Shown: positions 27,112-37,229 of the stretch, one piece after another
Position numbering within the stretch: position 1 is the first letter of the stretch
Layout: every line of letters begins with the position of its first letter
Sequence record: OR062525
Origin: Escherichia phage vB_EcoM_10C2_SA_NWU
Length of the DNA: 64,000 nt
Direction: 5' to 3' (one strand)
Notes under the pieces: model-generated
Databases searched by the model: none
Told to the model about the DNA's origin: nothing
The model's input: the letters and a program-made list of their open reading frames with translations, nothing else
Translations under genes and position numbers: made by a program

Positions 27112-27369
27112 ATGAAGATTAAATTGAAAAACCTTGAAACGGCAGAGATTCAGGACGGTGTTGATTTCCGTTCTAAAGATGGTGACATCTTAGAGGTAAA
27201 TATTCCAACCTACGAGCTGATCAAAGGTTTTGGCAACGTCCCAGAGGAAGGTATCGCAGACGTTCTTCTAATGTTAATCGTTAGTGGGACAGTGTTCTTG
27301 GGTGAAGGTGAGAACGCTATTGCAATCCCAAGCCATTTTTATGAAGTAGTTGACGAAGAGGTGCTGTAA
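27112..27369 (+). CDS. small acidic protein (MKIKL N-terminus)
   Basis: GGAGA RBS; ends YEVVDEEVL. Confidence 0.4.
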   Translation: MKIKLKNLETAEIQDGVDFRSKDGDILEVNIPTYELIKGFGNVPEEGIADVLLMLIVSGTVFLGEGENAIAIPSHFYEVVDEEVL

Positions 27370-27720
27370 ATGAAAGTAGAAATTACTGGTTTTGATGTTA
27401 GTGTGGTTCCGGAAGATATTTTAGCTAAACTTCCAGAAGGTTTTGGTAACGGCGTTGTTGTGGATGCTGTTCCTCCTACCAAAGACATTCTGCTGCAGTA
27501 CGGTGTAGCAGAGGAAGATGTCGATAAAGTTCTTACAATGATGGCAATCGATCGTGTTGTCGTTGTTAAAGGTCTCGATAATTTTGAGAGTGATCCCCTG
27601 ATTATTCGTGGAGATGACTACAAAATCATCGATAATGAAGGCCAAGAGTTCTATGAGCCTTGTGCAGAAGATATTCTTAACTTATTACTGGAAGCAGGCA
27701 CCGAAGAGGAGGACGAATAA
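27370..27720 (+). CDS. small acidic protein (MKVEITG N-terminus)
   Basis: ATG overlapping upstream stop. Confidence 0.4.
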   Translation: MKVEITGFDVSVVPEDILAKLPEGFGNGVVVDAVPPTKDILLQYGVAEEDVDKVLTMMAIDRVVVVKGLDNFESDPLIIRGDDYKIIDNEGQEFYEPCAEDILNLLLEAGTEEEDE

Positions 27721-28049
27721 TGAAGATTGACCCGTTACTGAAGGCTCGTGCAGAAAAAGCGTACACCATTAAGTTGACCAACTTGGTTCCTACTTGTCAT
27801 CCGGATGTAGGTTGGCCCGAAGGTTTGGTGGAGGGAACTGTAACAGCTGCATACCTTCCTAACATCAAATACCTCATGGAAATCTTGGAGCTGGATGAGG
27901 AAACGGCAGAAGAGTTTCAGTTGGACATGAAACAAAGTGGGACTCTGGTTATTCACGGGTGGTACAATACTAAAGATGCAGAAGATCCTCTGGTAACTTC
28001 TAATCTGGCATATGAAATCTTAGGACCTTTGAACCTGGAGGAAGACTAA
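27720..28049 (+). CDS. small acidic protein
   Basis: ATGA coupling. Confidence 0.4.
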   Translation: MKIDPLLKARAEKAYTIKLTNLVPTCHPDVGWPEGLVEGTVTAAYLPNIKYLMEILELDEETAEEFQLDMKQSGTLVIHGWYNTKDAEDPLVTSNLAYEILGPLNLEED

Positions 28050-28336
28050 TGAAAGATCTGGTTAAGATTAAGATTAAAGATACCAATGGAGAACTCAGCC
28101 ATTTTGGAATTAATGATGGTGACGAGCTGATCGCACACCTGCCTACCAAGGAGGTTGTAAGCAAAGCAGTTGCCGGAGAAGAAGCTGCAATGCAGGCTGC
28201 AGGTGTGGATGAAAACTATGTAGCTATGTGCATGTGCCGAGATCAGGTTGTTCTGTATAAAGCGTATCGACCAAACGGAGCCACGGAGTGGCTTGTATTC
28301 CGACCCGAAGGATATGAAATCTTAGAGGCACTATGA
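28049..28336 (+). CDS. small acidic protein
   Basis: ATGA coupling; ends YEILEAL. Confidence 0.4.
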   Translation: MKDLVKIKIKDTNGELSHFGINDGDELIAHLPTKEVVSKAVAGEEAAMQAAGVDENYVAMCMCRDQVVLYKAYRPNGATEWLVFRPEGYEILEAL

Positions 28337-28425
28337 TAAATCTTGCCAAGGTTGCAACGGCACTGTTAATTATTTGCTGGTCAGTAACCTTAACACTGTG
28401 TCTTGTATTTCAGTGAGGTGCTTGT

Positions 28426-28689
28426 ATGAACATCCTGATGTGGGTTATAGCAGTGGCGTTTGTTGCATGTTTTTGCTGCTGGGTTGCGGTGAGGATTTCT
28501 GTAGCTACCCTTCGGAAGTTGGGGTTCTCAGAATGGGATATTAATATCCTTTCTTTTCGCAATGAAACAATCTCAGCCGCCCTGCTTTGTAAGAAATTCA
28601 AGTGGGAACCTTGTGAGGTCATGAACTATCTAAGAACAGGTGATATTCCTGAAAGATTTAAAAAAGTTCTTGACGGCAAGGATAAATGA
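28426..28689 (+). CDS. membrane-anchored small protein
   Basis: N-terminal hydrophobic helix ILMWVIAVAFVACFCCWVAV. Confidence 0.4.
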   Translation: MNILMWVIAVAFVACFCCWVAVRISVATLRKLGFSEWDINILSFRNETISAALLCKKFKWEPCEVMNYLRTGDIPERFKKVLDGKDK

Positions 28690-28844
28690 CAGTATAGTGA
28701 CTAACAAGAGGTGAGGAGTGACTGATTTTACTGAAGCTTTAATGATGGCCTTGTCTGTTTTAGCGCTATCGGTGTGTTTTGGGGCGTTATTCACATCTCT
28801 GGTTAAAGTTTTACATACAGTATTATTACCCGAGGAGCGCAGTA

Positions 28845-29096
28845 ATGACGAAGATTGACTTGAATGCTGGCGACCATGTTGTTGTCAAATGCATCGGAGA
28901 TTATCTTGGATTCACAATCGGCAATACTTACGAGGCGGTAGTGGCGAAGGTTTATCATGATAAAGTCCTCAGTCTTGTATTTGACTGCGATGATGATGGG
29001 GATGACCGATACGTCTGTGAGGTGCTGGCACGAGACGATAGTGAAGACCAGAAATTCCTGGTTATTGAACTGAACGGTATTTTTGTAGAACGTTAA
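28845..29096 (+). CDS. hypothetical acidic protein
   Basis: ATG with GAGGAG RBS. Confidence 0.4.
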   Translation: MTKIDLNAGDHVVVKCIGDYLGFTIGNTYEAVVAKVYHDKVLSLVFDCDDDGDDRYVCEVLARDDSEDQKFLVIELNGIFVER

Positions 29097-29124
29097 TTTA
29101 AAACAACATAAGGAGACTCTTACT

Positions 29125-29430
29125 ATGGCTAAATCTAAAGTTGAACTGTTCACCTCTCTTCCTTCTGACACTGCAGAACGTGATCGCCTTCGCAAAACAA
29201 TCGAAGAGCTGGTGGAACTCCAGCTTCAGATTAAAGATCTGAAAGATGCCATCAAGGATATCATTCTTGTTGAGAAGCAGGATCATCTGTATTCTCCTAA
29301 ATTCATCAAATCTTTGGTGGCTACAGAGTTTGATATCCGCTACGAAGCTGAAAAACGTCGCGCTAAGATTGAAGAAGAGGTTGAGCACATGTCTGAGGCA
29401 GACATTCTGTTCAAACGCTCTGTAGAATAA
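29125..29430 (+). CDS. hypothetical coiled-coil protein
   Basis: AAGGAGA RBS; charged helical sequence. Confidence 0.4.
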   Translation: MAKSKVELFTSLPSDTAERDRLRKTIEELVELQLQIKDLKDAIKDIILVEKQDHLYSPKFIKSLVATEFDIRYEAEKRRAKIEEEVEHMSEADILFKRSVE

Positions 29431-29437
29431 TATGGCA

Positions 29438-29462
29438 GAGGGGCTACGGCCCCTCTTTCACT
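29438..29462 (+). terminator. rho-independent terminator / attenuator
   Basis: GAGGGGC-TACG-GCCCCTC hairpin then T-rich tract. Confidence 0.5.
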
Positions 29463-29482
29463 ATTTGCAAAAGGAACCAGCT

Positions 29483-29809
29483 ATGAGAATGCCAATCACT
29501 GTGAAAGAGCTAAATGAACGTGATGCAGGTGGTCTATGGCCTGCACGAAAAATCCGCTGCGTCTATATGAAAGAGAATCTTGAACATCTTGATCAACAGA
29601 TCAAGGTCGGTGATATTTTCGAGGTCTTCTACTCCAATCGTCGCAACTGGGAAACCATTCAGCCTTCTGGTTTTGTTCTTGCCAAACTTGACACTGGAGA
29701 AGTGATTATCCCTGGGTTGGATATTGTCTTCGAAATTATCCAGGAGTGGGATCCGGATAAGATTAGATACGAAGAATTATTCGGTAAAGGTATTATCAAA
29801 CCTGTGTGA
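29483..29809 (+). CDS. hypothetical protein
   Basis: start moved downstream of terminator hairpin to ATG with AAGGA RBS. Confidence 0.4.
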   Translation: MRMPITVKELNERDAGGLWPARKIRCVYMKENLEHLDQQIKVGDIFEVFYSNRRNWETIQPSGFVLAKLDTGEVIIPGLDIVFEIIQEWDPDKIRYEELFGKGIIKPV

Positions 29810-30117
29810 GGTGGATTATGTCTACAAAGGCGGCTAAATACTCCTATATGCCATCAACCTCTGCAGAGGTAGACTTTAGTTTCGATGTATTTCCACTGTT
29901 TGAGGTGGTTCTGGCATACCCTACAATACTATCCACTCCTGAATCACTTGTGCCTGTTAAGTTGCAGAACGCTATGCATTCCATGCACTACAACAATAAA
30001 TGTAGGCACAGATGGTGTCAGGACGAGGAAAAAGATTTGGATAGTTTGAGGGATTTTGACAGTCACCTTTTGACACCTTTCAGCTACTCCAACCTTGATA
30101 AGCCCTCATGGGTATAG
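29806..30117 (+). CDS. hypothetical protein
   Basis: ATGA coupling. Confidence 0.4.
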   Translation: MRWIMSTKAAKYSYMPSTSAEVDFSFDVFPLFEVVLAYPTILSTPESLVPVKLQNAMHSMHYNNKCRHRWCQDEEKDLDSLRDFDSHLLTPFSYSNLDKPSWV

Positions 30118-30142
30118 CAAAATATCAAATTTAAGACACCTA

Positions 30143-30170
30143 GGACGCTCTGTGGCGTCCTTTTCTTTAT
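30143..30170 (+). terminator. rho-independent terminator
   Basis: GGACGC-TCTGTG-GCGTCC hairpin followed by TTTTCTTTAT. Confidence 0.6.
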
Positions 30171-30810
30171 CTGGTGCACGATTGCATACCTTGGACAGAT
30201 AATCTCATTACAGAGCGTTTAAGAGCTTCCTACAAACAACTCCATATTTCGAGCGTAGCGAGAACGCACGTCCGTTTTGACCCAAATCACCATACGCTCG
30301 GATTTTAACCAAACCCTCGCGGCGTTTCTGTTGACACATTGCCGCTCCAGTGATAGTATCCACACATCGTTTGGAGAATATGGGATACACAATGAAAACA
30401 TTGTCAGAGGTTTTGGTGGTGATTCTGATGATCATTACGTCCATAGTGGCTGTTGCCGGAATACTCACGGGTGGAATATGATAAACACACATGCATCTGA
30501 AGAGACATCCAAAGGAGTGACTATATGTCCCTTGGCTGAGCCAGTGAAAGAGGAAAACTTCGATTCTGAAGATTCTCCATCTTCGCTCCAGGTAGATCCT
30601 GAGGCTGATGACCTAACGTGGGAAGACATCGTAGATATCTGGTTCTCTATTATGCCTGAGCACGAAGAGTTCAGGGGTGGTAGACTATGAAGCACCGAGC
30701 CCACACAGGTTCCTCATGCTAAAGCATGGCCTGAAGAGGCAAACGTGCATAATTCCAGTGCATTGGAACATATAAACCCTGTTCACATTCTCATTTCCAG
30801 AGGAGATTTC

Positions 30811-31026
30811 ATGAAGATAGAAATATTTGGTGGAGCTGACAACACTCGTGGCCTGATTTACCTTGAATTCGATGAATCATACCTGCCAGAGGTGTTAAAT
30901 ATAGACTCTGTTGCTGAGGCTTTGGGAGTAAGTCCTAAAGATCTCTACTCTGGTGCTGAGATTGATGGTTGGGAGGAGACCATGAACATTGATTTCAGTG
31001 AAGTAGGTGATGAACCACTGGACTGA
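30811..31026 (+). CDS. small acidic protein (MKIEIFGG N-terminus)
   Basis: GAGGAG RBS before ATG 30811; last + strand gene before noncoding region. Confidence 0.4.
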   Translation: MKIEIFGGADNTRGLIYLEFDESYLPEVLNIDSVAEALGVSPKDLYSGAEIDGWEETMNIDFSEVGDEPLD

Positions 31027-32536
31027 CACACAATTAGCTACCCGGCTAAAGTGCTGGGAGCACCTATAACACATCTTTCAACTAAATTTCCTACCACCAC
31101 AATCACTTACCTCCCACACATGACTGTTTGCTTGTTTAGTGAGCAGTCATGCCTTGACATTCTTGCCTATCCTGATAAAATTAAGTTCTTCTCTTTTCTT
31201 TTACCGAGTAATTCGGGTTTTCTGTTCTCTTCGGTTTGAAGGGGTATGGAGATACACCTGAGTGAACAGGGTGAACAACCGAACCATTGGCTATGGCATT
31301 AGCATGGCGAAGCGGACGGGTGACGAAAGAGGGGCCGGAGGACACCAGTCACTGCCATATGGTATATGGGTGATAACCTGAAGAGTCTGAATAAGTGTTT
31401 AAGTACCAGTCAGAGGAAAAGGTGAATGGTAGCCGAAGGGGGAGGGGGGTTTCTTGTATCTTTAATTTGTATATTATGTATACACTTGTAAACCAATATC
31501 ATCTGAATCTGTTTACCACACAAAGTGGATAGAGACAAATATCACCTATTAAACTTGAATTATTTATAGAAAATACCACAACACCGCTTAAGTCTTTGAT
31601 TTTACACACAAATCCTACAGATATTCACCCTCCATATTTAACATACTTGTAACATATTCCATACTCTACCTGTCTGATCAATTTCCCCAACTACATCCCC
31701 ATATTTTCCCTGTCTGTACTACCCCTGCCCCGCCGGGAGTCCCGTCATATCTGGCTTTCCAGCAAATATCACACCCACAAATATCATTGCCTGAAGAGGG
31801 TTTCATCCCATAATACCTGCCTTACCTGAAGAGCGCTTCATACACCACGTAAATTTTTTAATTGACCTCCCCCTGCCCCGCCGGAGAGGTTGGCTTTTCC
31901 CACACAGACCTGAAGAGTCAGCCAGAAATATCTGAATAGGCCCAATTCTACCACGATTTTGACCTGACCTACAGGGAGGCCCGAAGGGTCTAGCTTTCAG
32001 CTAGAGTCCTTGCAGGACCTACAGGAGCGCTGCCAGGCGGACGGAATGGGAATACTTCTCATTCTTATAACAATTCTCAAATATCGAGGCAGTGAGAGAA
32101 ATTAATAGGCCAGGCCGTTCACACAGTGGCACAACATTTGCAACCTATTTTGTGTGGATGAATGAGAATACCTATCATTGTGAGAACTGTTATCATTACG
32201 GGCAATTTAACATAATACCCATTATGCGCACCACTGGCGATACATACAGGGATTGATAACATGGGTTACTGTTTACGCACATAACAATTATATTTCTTAT
32301 TATTTGTGGGGGATATAGTTAGCAGCCGATAGATTAGATATTGACCTGCGGACTTCTGACCGTCTAGACGTCTAAACGCCCACACAGCAAGGGTTATACA
32401 TACATCACTGAATGTAAACAGGACTGCAAAAATGCTACCATACAAGCTTGTAAATTTTTCATGTAGCACTTGACAAAGAGGAGAAAAACTTGTCTGACAT
32501 AATGGTGACACAATATGACATAATTGACATGCCTGA

Positions 32537-32632
32537 CTGTTTACGCTATTACTATTCACGCTCTTACTGTTTACATGCTTAATGGTTTACATGACCAATA
32601 GTTTACATAGCTAACTATTTACATTGAAATGA
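32537..32632. repeat. tandem array of about 16-bp imperfect direct repeats (core GTTTACAT)
   Basis: GTTTAC/ATTTAC at 32569, 32585, 32601, 32617 with exact 16-bp spacing, plus copy at 32539. Confidence 0.6.
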
Positions 32633-32663
32633 TAAGCCATGACATTCGTTTGCATGAAAACAA

Positions 32664-32693
32664 TTAACAAGTTAACAATTAACAAGTTAATAA
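32664..32693. repeat. tandem 8-bp repeats TTAACAAG/TTAACAAT (about 4 copies)
   Basis: TTAACAAGTTAACAATTAACAAGTTAATAA. Confidence 0.6.
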
Positions 32694-32698
32694 TCTAT

Positions 32699-32850
32699 GA
32701 CATAATATAAAAGCAGGGCAACTATTAGAAGATCTATAGTTGCCTTGCTTGTTATGTCATGATTAACTAAATACAAGGCAACTATGATCTGATTAATAGT
32801 TTGCAGACAAACTATCACGGGGGTGATGGTTACTGCTTTTATATTATGTC
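32699..32850. repeat. perfect 18-bp inverted repeat pair flanking GGCAACTAT palindromic sites
   Basis: GACATAATATAAAAGCAG (32699-32716) and reverse complement CTGCTTTTATATTATGTC (32833-32850); GGCAACTAT/ATAGTTGCC copies between. Confidence 0.6.
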
Positions 32851-33546
32851 GCGACTCCGTCGCGCCATGCCATTCGTTTGCATAGTTGCCTTATTGTTAC
32901 AGGTAAAATAATTACATTATTAATTATTTCTTATCTTTCTCTTAGTCATCTAATGATTCCAGTCAGTATAGTAATGTACAGTAAACATTAGACGACTAAA
33001 GATTTCTCTGTTTATGATAACTCATCGTGATAATTTCGGACTGTTTACGAAAAATGTTGACACCTGAGCTGATTTATGTTATGCAGTTTACACGAATAAT
33101 TATTTTATGCAGGTATTGACTATTCCGTTATTCTGTGGTTGGAATAAATACTTTGCAGGCTATAGAATGGCGTGCGTACGTGAATTCTGAGATCTGGCGG
33201 CTATAGTTATACTCGATTTTTCGCGTAGAACACGCTTTCGATGCTGTGTAAGTGTATGACTTATAAAGATTTTTAGTTGTTGACAAGATATTGGATATGT
33301 GCATCAGGTTAAAATTTGTGCAATAGCGGCATTACGTGCACTTTTGGGAGAGAAAACGGGTAAAAATGGACTTGCTACCACACAATGAAAAATTATGCAA
33401 TAGTTATTTTCCATGTATATTTGTACAGTGTGTGGGATTGATGGCTAGTCAATTATTCCACTTACCAGGCTGGGCCGTTTGTGGTAGGAGAAATACAGAC
33501 AAAAAGAAAGGGGCCTTTTAAAGCCCCTGATAGTTTAGTTAAGAAA

Positions 33547-33966
33547 TTATAATGATTCGTATATTTCATAGATTCGATTTGCCAGGTCGTTACGGTAGCG
33601 GAATTTTTCCTCACGTTTGATCATAAGATCTTTATAGCCGTACTCTTTAAGCACTTCATTAACTTTATGGCGGCATACTTTCATATTATCCTGCGCGTCA
33701 CCAATAAATCTGTTGCTATGGTGCATGGCTTTAATTTCTTCTTCCAGGACCAGGGCAACTATGCGGACCGGATCAAGCTGATAGGCGGTAACATCAATGC
33801 GGCATTGTAAACGGCTTTTTACGTCTGCCACCGGATATACTGCAACCTCTTCCCCGTCAACATTGACAATAATTAGTTTACCATCGATTTCGAATCCTTT
33901 CGCCGCCGGACCGTGACAAAAAGCGTTATCAAAGCTATATGCCGGATTATTAGATTTAATGTTCAT
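33547..33966 (-). CDS. hypothetical protein
   Basis: first gene of - strand array. Confidence 0.45.
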   Translation of the reverse strand: MNIKSNNPAYSFDNAFCHGPAAKGFEIDGKLIIVNVDGEEVAVYPVADVKSRLQCRIDVTAYQLDPVRIVALVLEEEIKAMHHSNRFIGDAQDNMKVCRHKVNEVLKEYGYKDLMIKREEKFRYRNDLANRIYEIYESL

Positions 33967-34109
33967 GGTGTTTTTACCTCTTAGTTAATTTTCTTACAAC
34001 TTCCCTTCAAAAAGAATATAGCAAAACTGCCGATCCTTGTCAACCAAGGATAGCATAATTTTTATGCGATCAAGGGGCTTTATTGCCCCTGACCATGTAA
34101 CTTGTTGTA

Positions 34110-34373
34110 TTATTTGTTGCTCATCCAGTTTTCCCAAGCTGCCTGATAATCTGCCTCACTACGGCGGATCTCTTCTTGTTCTTCAAGTCGGATCTCTTCT
34201 TCCAGGTATCCCAGGATATCGGCTTTTTTGGTCTGGCGTAACATCCAATCATCTTTTTTACGGGTAAAGATCTTATATGCTTTCTCGCAAACCTCTTTTT
34301 TGCTACCTTTTTGGACTTCAAGAACTTTGTAGGCCATGTACTGAACTAGTTTAAGCTGATCAAGACGTTTCAT
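34110..34373 (-). CDS. hypothetical charged protein
   Basis: co-directional ORF. Confidence 0.4.
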   Translation of the reverse strand: MKRLDQLKLVQYMAYKVLEVQKGSKKEVCEKAYKIFTRKKDDWMLRQTKKADILGYLEEEIRLEEQEEIRRSEADYQAAWENWMSNK

Positions 34374-34433
34374 GATGTTTACCTCTTTGTGTGGTTCTGA
34401 TTAGTGGGCCTCCCGGCCCGTGTCATTATCTTA

Positions 34434-34706
34434 TTACTTACGGCGGCAGAATTCAAGCGTTTTTAATTGATAATCTTCCTCAGCCTGGAGTACAACCGCC
34501 TCGATCATTTCGTTGGCATTGTTGAAGCCATACCCTTTAGCGAACTCGTCCGCACCACCTTCGTGATCATGTTCTGCGTTCATCGCTTCCACAAAATGGA
34601 ATTCCAAATTGTTGAGGTAGGGGCTTGATGTGCCGTCTTCTTTTTCGATGAGATCCCAAATAGCATTAAAACGTGATTCGACTTCTTGATTAATCCAGCT
34701 TGACAT
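34434..34706 (-). CDS. hypothetical acidic protein
   Basis: co-directional ORF with upstream GC hairpin. Confidence 0.4.
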   Translation of the reverse strand: MSSWINQEVESRFNAIWDLIEKEDGTSSPYLNNLEFHFVEAMNAEHDHEGGADEFAKGYGFNNANEMIEAVVLQAEEDYQLKTLEFCRRK

Positions 34707-34924
34707 AGTGTTTTCCTCTCTTCTGGTTGTTGTGTGGGCACCTTTGCCCCTTCAAGATAAATGTTACCCCACCCCCTGGCAGATGTCAACGGTTTTTATA
34801 GTTCTTATATGACAGGCAGGCCTGGTGATTGTCTCCCCCTGTTCCCAAGTGCCGCCCGTTTAATAAGAATAGCAAAAGGGGCCGAACAAGTCAACCCCAA
34901 AATCAGTACCAAAACACTTTTTAT

Positions 34925-35236
34925 TTATACGGTCCGGTCATTGGCCTTTGTCCAGGACCTGGCGATCCGTTTCCCAGTCACCTGGAACGGAGACTGCATT
35001 GTGTGTAATGAATCCAGCGTAAGGGAGGACCGTTTACGGCGTATCTTCAGGATCGCCAATGTATTGTCCATCTCACGGCCAGGTCCTGGGCTGTATGGTG
35101 TGCCTCCAGCGTTAAGGTTGATGATCTCATGTATTGAGATCCGGCGTTGTTTTGCTTCCGCATCTTTGAAGATAGCCAGCGGAGGCGCTATGCGTTGCCG
35201 ATACCAATCTAAAACGGTTGGCGTAATAGCGATCAT
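34925..35236 (-). CDS. hypothetical protein
   Basis: ATGA overlap with upstream gene; preferred over antisense + ORF 34761..35285. Confidence 0.35.
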   Translation of the reverse strand: MIAITPTVLDWYRQRIAPPLAIFKDAEAKQRRISIHEIINLNAGGTPYSPGPGREMDNTLAILKIRRKRSSLTLDSLHTMQSPFQVTGKRIARSWTKANDRTV

Positions 35237-35424
35237 ATTTTACCCCCTATGTAGTCCGGTCGGTTTTTCTCTGTCATACGCTTAAGCAATTCTTGCATGT
35301 TGCTTATGGCTTGTAGTGTATCCTCTTCAAGGGATGAATCAAGATAATCAGGATCATTCTTCACCTTGCAATGATTATGATAACGCAGTACCGCCAGTAC
35401 TTTTTTAACTTCTTCCGCTGTCAT
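35233..35424 (-). CDS. hypothetical protein
   Basis: co-directional ORF. Confidence 0.4.
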   Translation of the reverse strand: MTAEEVKKVLAVLRYHNHCKVKNDPDYLDSSLEEDTLQAISNMQELLKRMTEKNRPDYIGGKI

Positions 35425-35569
35425 TATCGCGCCTAAAACAATGAGTTAATATATAACACCAGATCGCTGACTACCAGGACAACATTAATCAGCACATACC
35501 TAACCATAAAGGGAAAGATCGCCAACATTGCCGCCACGATCCCCATGGTAATAATTATCTTTCTCATGG

Positions 35570-35854
35570 TTAACGGTTCACGTAAGTTTTCCCGTTCACG
35601 GTTATGGGCAGATCCTCCAGGTCTGGATCTTCCTTAAGGTCGCGAGCAAGCTCACCGCACCGGATACCCTCGAATCCGTAGTACTCTGTTGTGCCGTCCT
35701 TAAAAGTTTTAGCGGCAAGGCATAAGCGATAAGTAACCCCGATTTGATTGACGGCATGAATATCCGTTAGATTAACCTCTTTTGCCAGCTCTTTAGCCAT
35801 TACAGGCGCATTAAGTCCAACAACCAGGGTAACCACTGCGATCATCTTTTTCAT
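35570..35854 (-). CDS. small secreted/periplasmic protein
   Basis: N-terminal signal-peptide-like MKKMIAVVTLVVGLNAPVMA followed by AKE; two Cys. Confidence 0.45.
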   Translation of the reverse strand: MKKMIAVVTLVVGLNAPVMAKELAKEVNLTDIHAVNQIGVTYRLCLAAKTFKDGTTEYYGFEGIRCGELARDLKEDPDLEDLPITVNGKTYVNR

Positions 35855-35945
35855 TGTGTCTATCCTCTTTCTGCTACGTTTAAGGCGGCGGTAACCGCCT
35901 GTTTATGCTTTGTTGGTTAATTTTCAGGTATCTGTATAAATTAAA

Positions 35946-36161
35946 CTATGCTGTACGCTCAACTATAACAACGGTTTGGGGGATCTCCCCTTCCACCACT
36001 AGTAAGGCCTTTTTCTGCGTGATAGATATCTTTACCCGTTGCAGCGTGGCGGTGAAGTCTTTCATTTCGTCACGCGGTGTTTTAGTGCAGTACCAGATCT
36101 CAGGCTTGCCGATCTGTAAGTTGCGTAAAAATTCCGTTTTGCCTGTTTTGTTAGTGATCAT
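35946..36161 (-). CDS. hypothetical protein
   Basis: co-directional ORF. Confidence 0.35.
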   Translation of the reverse strand: MITNKTGKTEFLRNLQIGKPEIWYCTKTPRDEMKDFTATLQRVKISITQKKALLVVEGEIPQTVVIVERTA

Positions 36162-36352
36162 TTGCCAACCTCACCCGATACCGTTGGAAGACAAGATCAT
36201 ATTAGACATGGTTGCAATCAGGCCAATACCCAGGGCAATAACCAAGATCACTGCATCGATTAATTTCTGTTTCATGGTGTTTATTCTCTTCTGTTAGTAA
36301 CCTTATTCATGGGGCCGCTACCACAGCCCCAGGGTAAGGCAGCTATGTGCTT

Positions 36353-36598
36353 TTAGTGTTTCATTCCAACCATCGCGGCACGGATCGCCGTAGTGCTGTA
36401 CTTGAAGCCGTCCGGGGTCTTATCTTGTCCGGTTAGCTCCAGAAAAAGCATCATATCCCGCGCCGCATCATTACGATTAGCATTGGCGTTAATAAAGCCT
36501 TGGGCCAACCGGTACAATGACTCATCGTTATTAATCCAAAGGCTTACATTCCAATGAGTTTTGTTTTTGTAACCGTTATAACCTTTATTGCTTTTCAT
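36353..36598 (-). CDS. hypothetical protein
   Basis: start placed at internal ATG with AGAGGT RBS. Confidence 0.4.
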   Translation of the reverse strand: MKSNKGYNGYKNKTHWNVSLWINNDESLYRLAQGFINANANRNDAARDMMLFLELTGQDKTPDGFKYSTTAIRAAMVGMKH

Positions 36599-36940
36599 GG
36601 TGTTTACCTCTTCTTTGTTCCAGGTGGCGGACCATTCCACCGCCTTATGTATTATGCTTTGTAAGATGGCTGTTGTCAAACTATTTTAACGATAATCATC
36701 GTACGCTTTATTAACCTGGCGGATATAACATTCAAAAGCCAGATCAATAGATTTATATTCACGGATATACTCACCATAGGAAACCACATACATTTCTATA
36801 GCTTCCTCATATGCGAGGAGAATAGAATCTAAGCCTACGATCTCAGTCTTTGCAATAATAGCCATGATTTTTATCCTCTTTGTAGTTGGTGGGGTTCGTT
36901 GCCCCCTTTGATTTATATATTACAGTCTTATATGGTCATG

Positions 36941-37174
36941 TCAACTATTTTCAAAAAATTTTTCTGCTGTGATATTCTTCCCGGTAGGGTTCGCTACTTT
37001 CAAAATTTTATCATGCACTGGACGCCCAAAAGAATAAGCGCCGTACACAGTAAACCAATAATCGCCGTCAGGTTGTACTATTACTGCCGCATATGGTACG
37101 CCTTTTTCGTTTTTGCTGACAAAATAGATCACGTTGCCATTAATAGCCTCGGCGCGTTTAATTTGTTCCATCAT
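36941..37174 (-). CDS. hypothetical protein
   Basis: co-directional ORF; GC hairpin in leader. Confidence 0.4.
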   Translation of the reverse strand: MMEQIKRAEAINGNVIYFVSKNEKGVPYAAVIVQPDGDYWFTVYGAYSFGRPVHDKILKVANPTGKNITAEKFFENS

Positions 37175-37229
37175 GATGATTTGCCTCTCTTTATTTTCAT
37201 AATTGGGGGCCTTTTCGGCCCCGCCAGGT

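Noticed and set aside
19847-27720. Relatedness of the MKVK paralog family to the HPF homolog (shared M[KQ][IV]EITG N-termini)
   Set aside because: Similarity is confined to the first 6-7 residues and is not supported elsewhere; treated as coincidental.
32537-32632. CRISPR-like array
   Set aside because: The 16-bp repeats are contiguous with no spacers of distinct sequence, and no cas genes are nearby; iterons fit better.
31030-33545. tRNA genes in the large noncoding region
   Set aside because: Scanned for T-loop-like GGTTCGAATCC/GTTC[AG]A[AT]TC cores and cloverleaf-compatible flanks; none seen. Cannot exclude divergent tRNAs without a covariance-model scan.
34761-35285. 174-aa + strand ORF inside the - strand gene block
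   Set aside because: Antisense to two - strand ORFs that are ATGA-coupled (35233/35236) and fit the co-directional array; likely a spurious ORF in a GC-richer segment.
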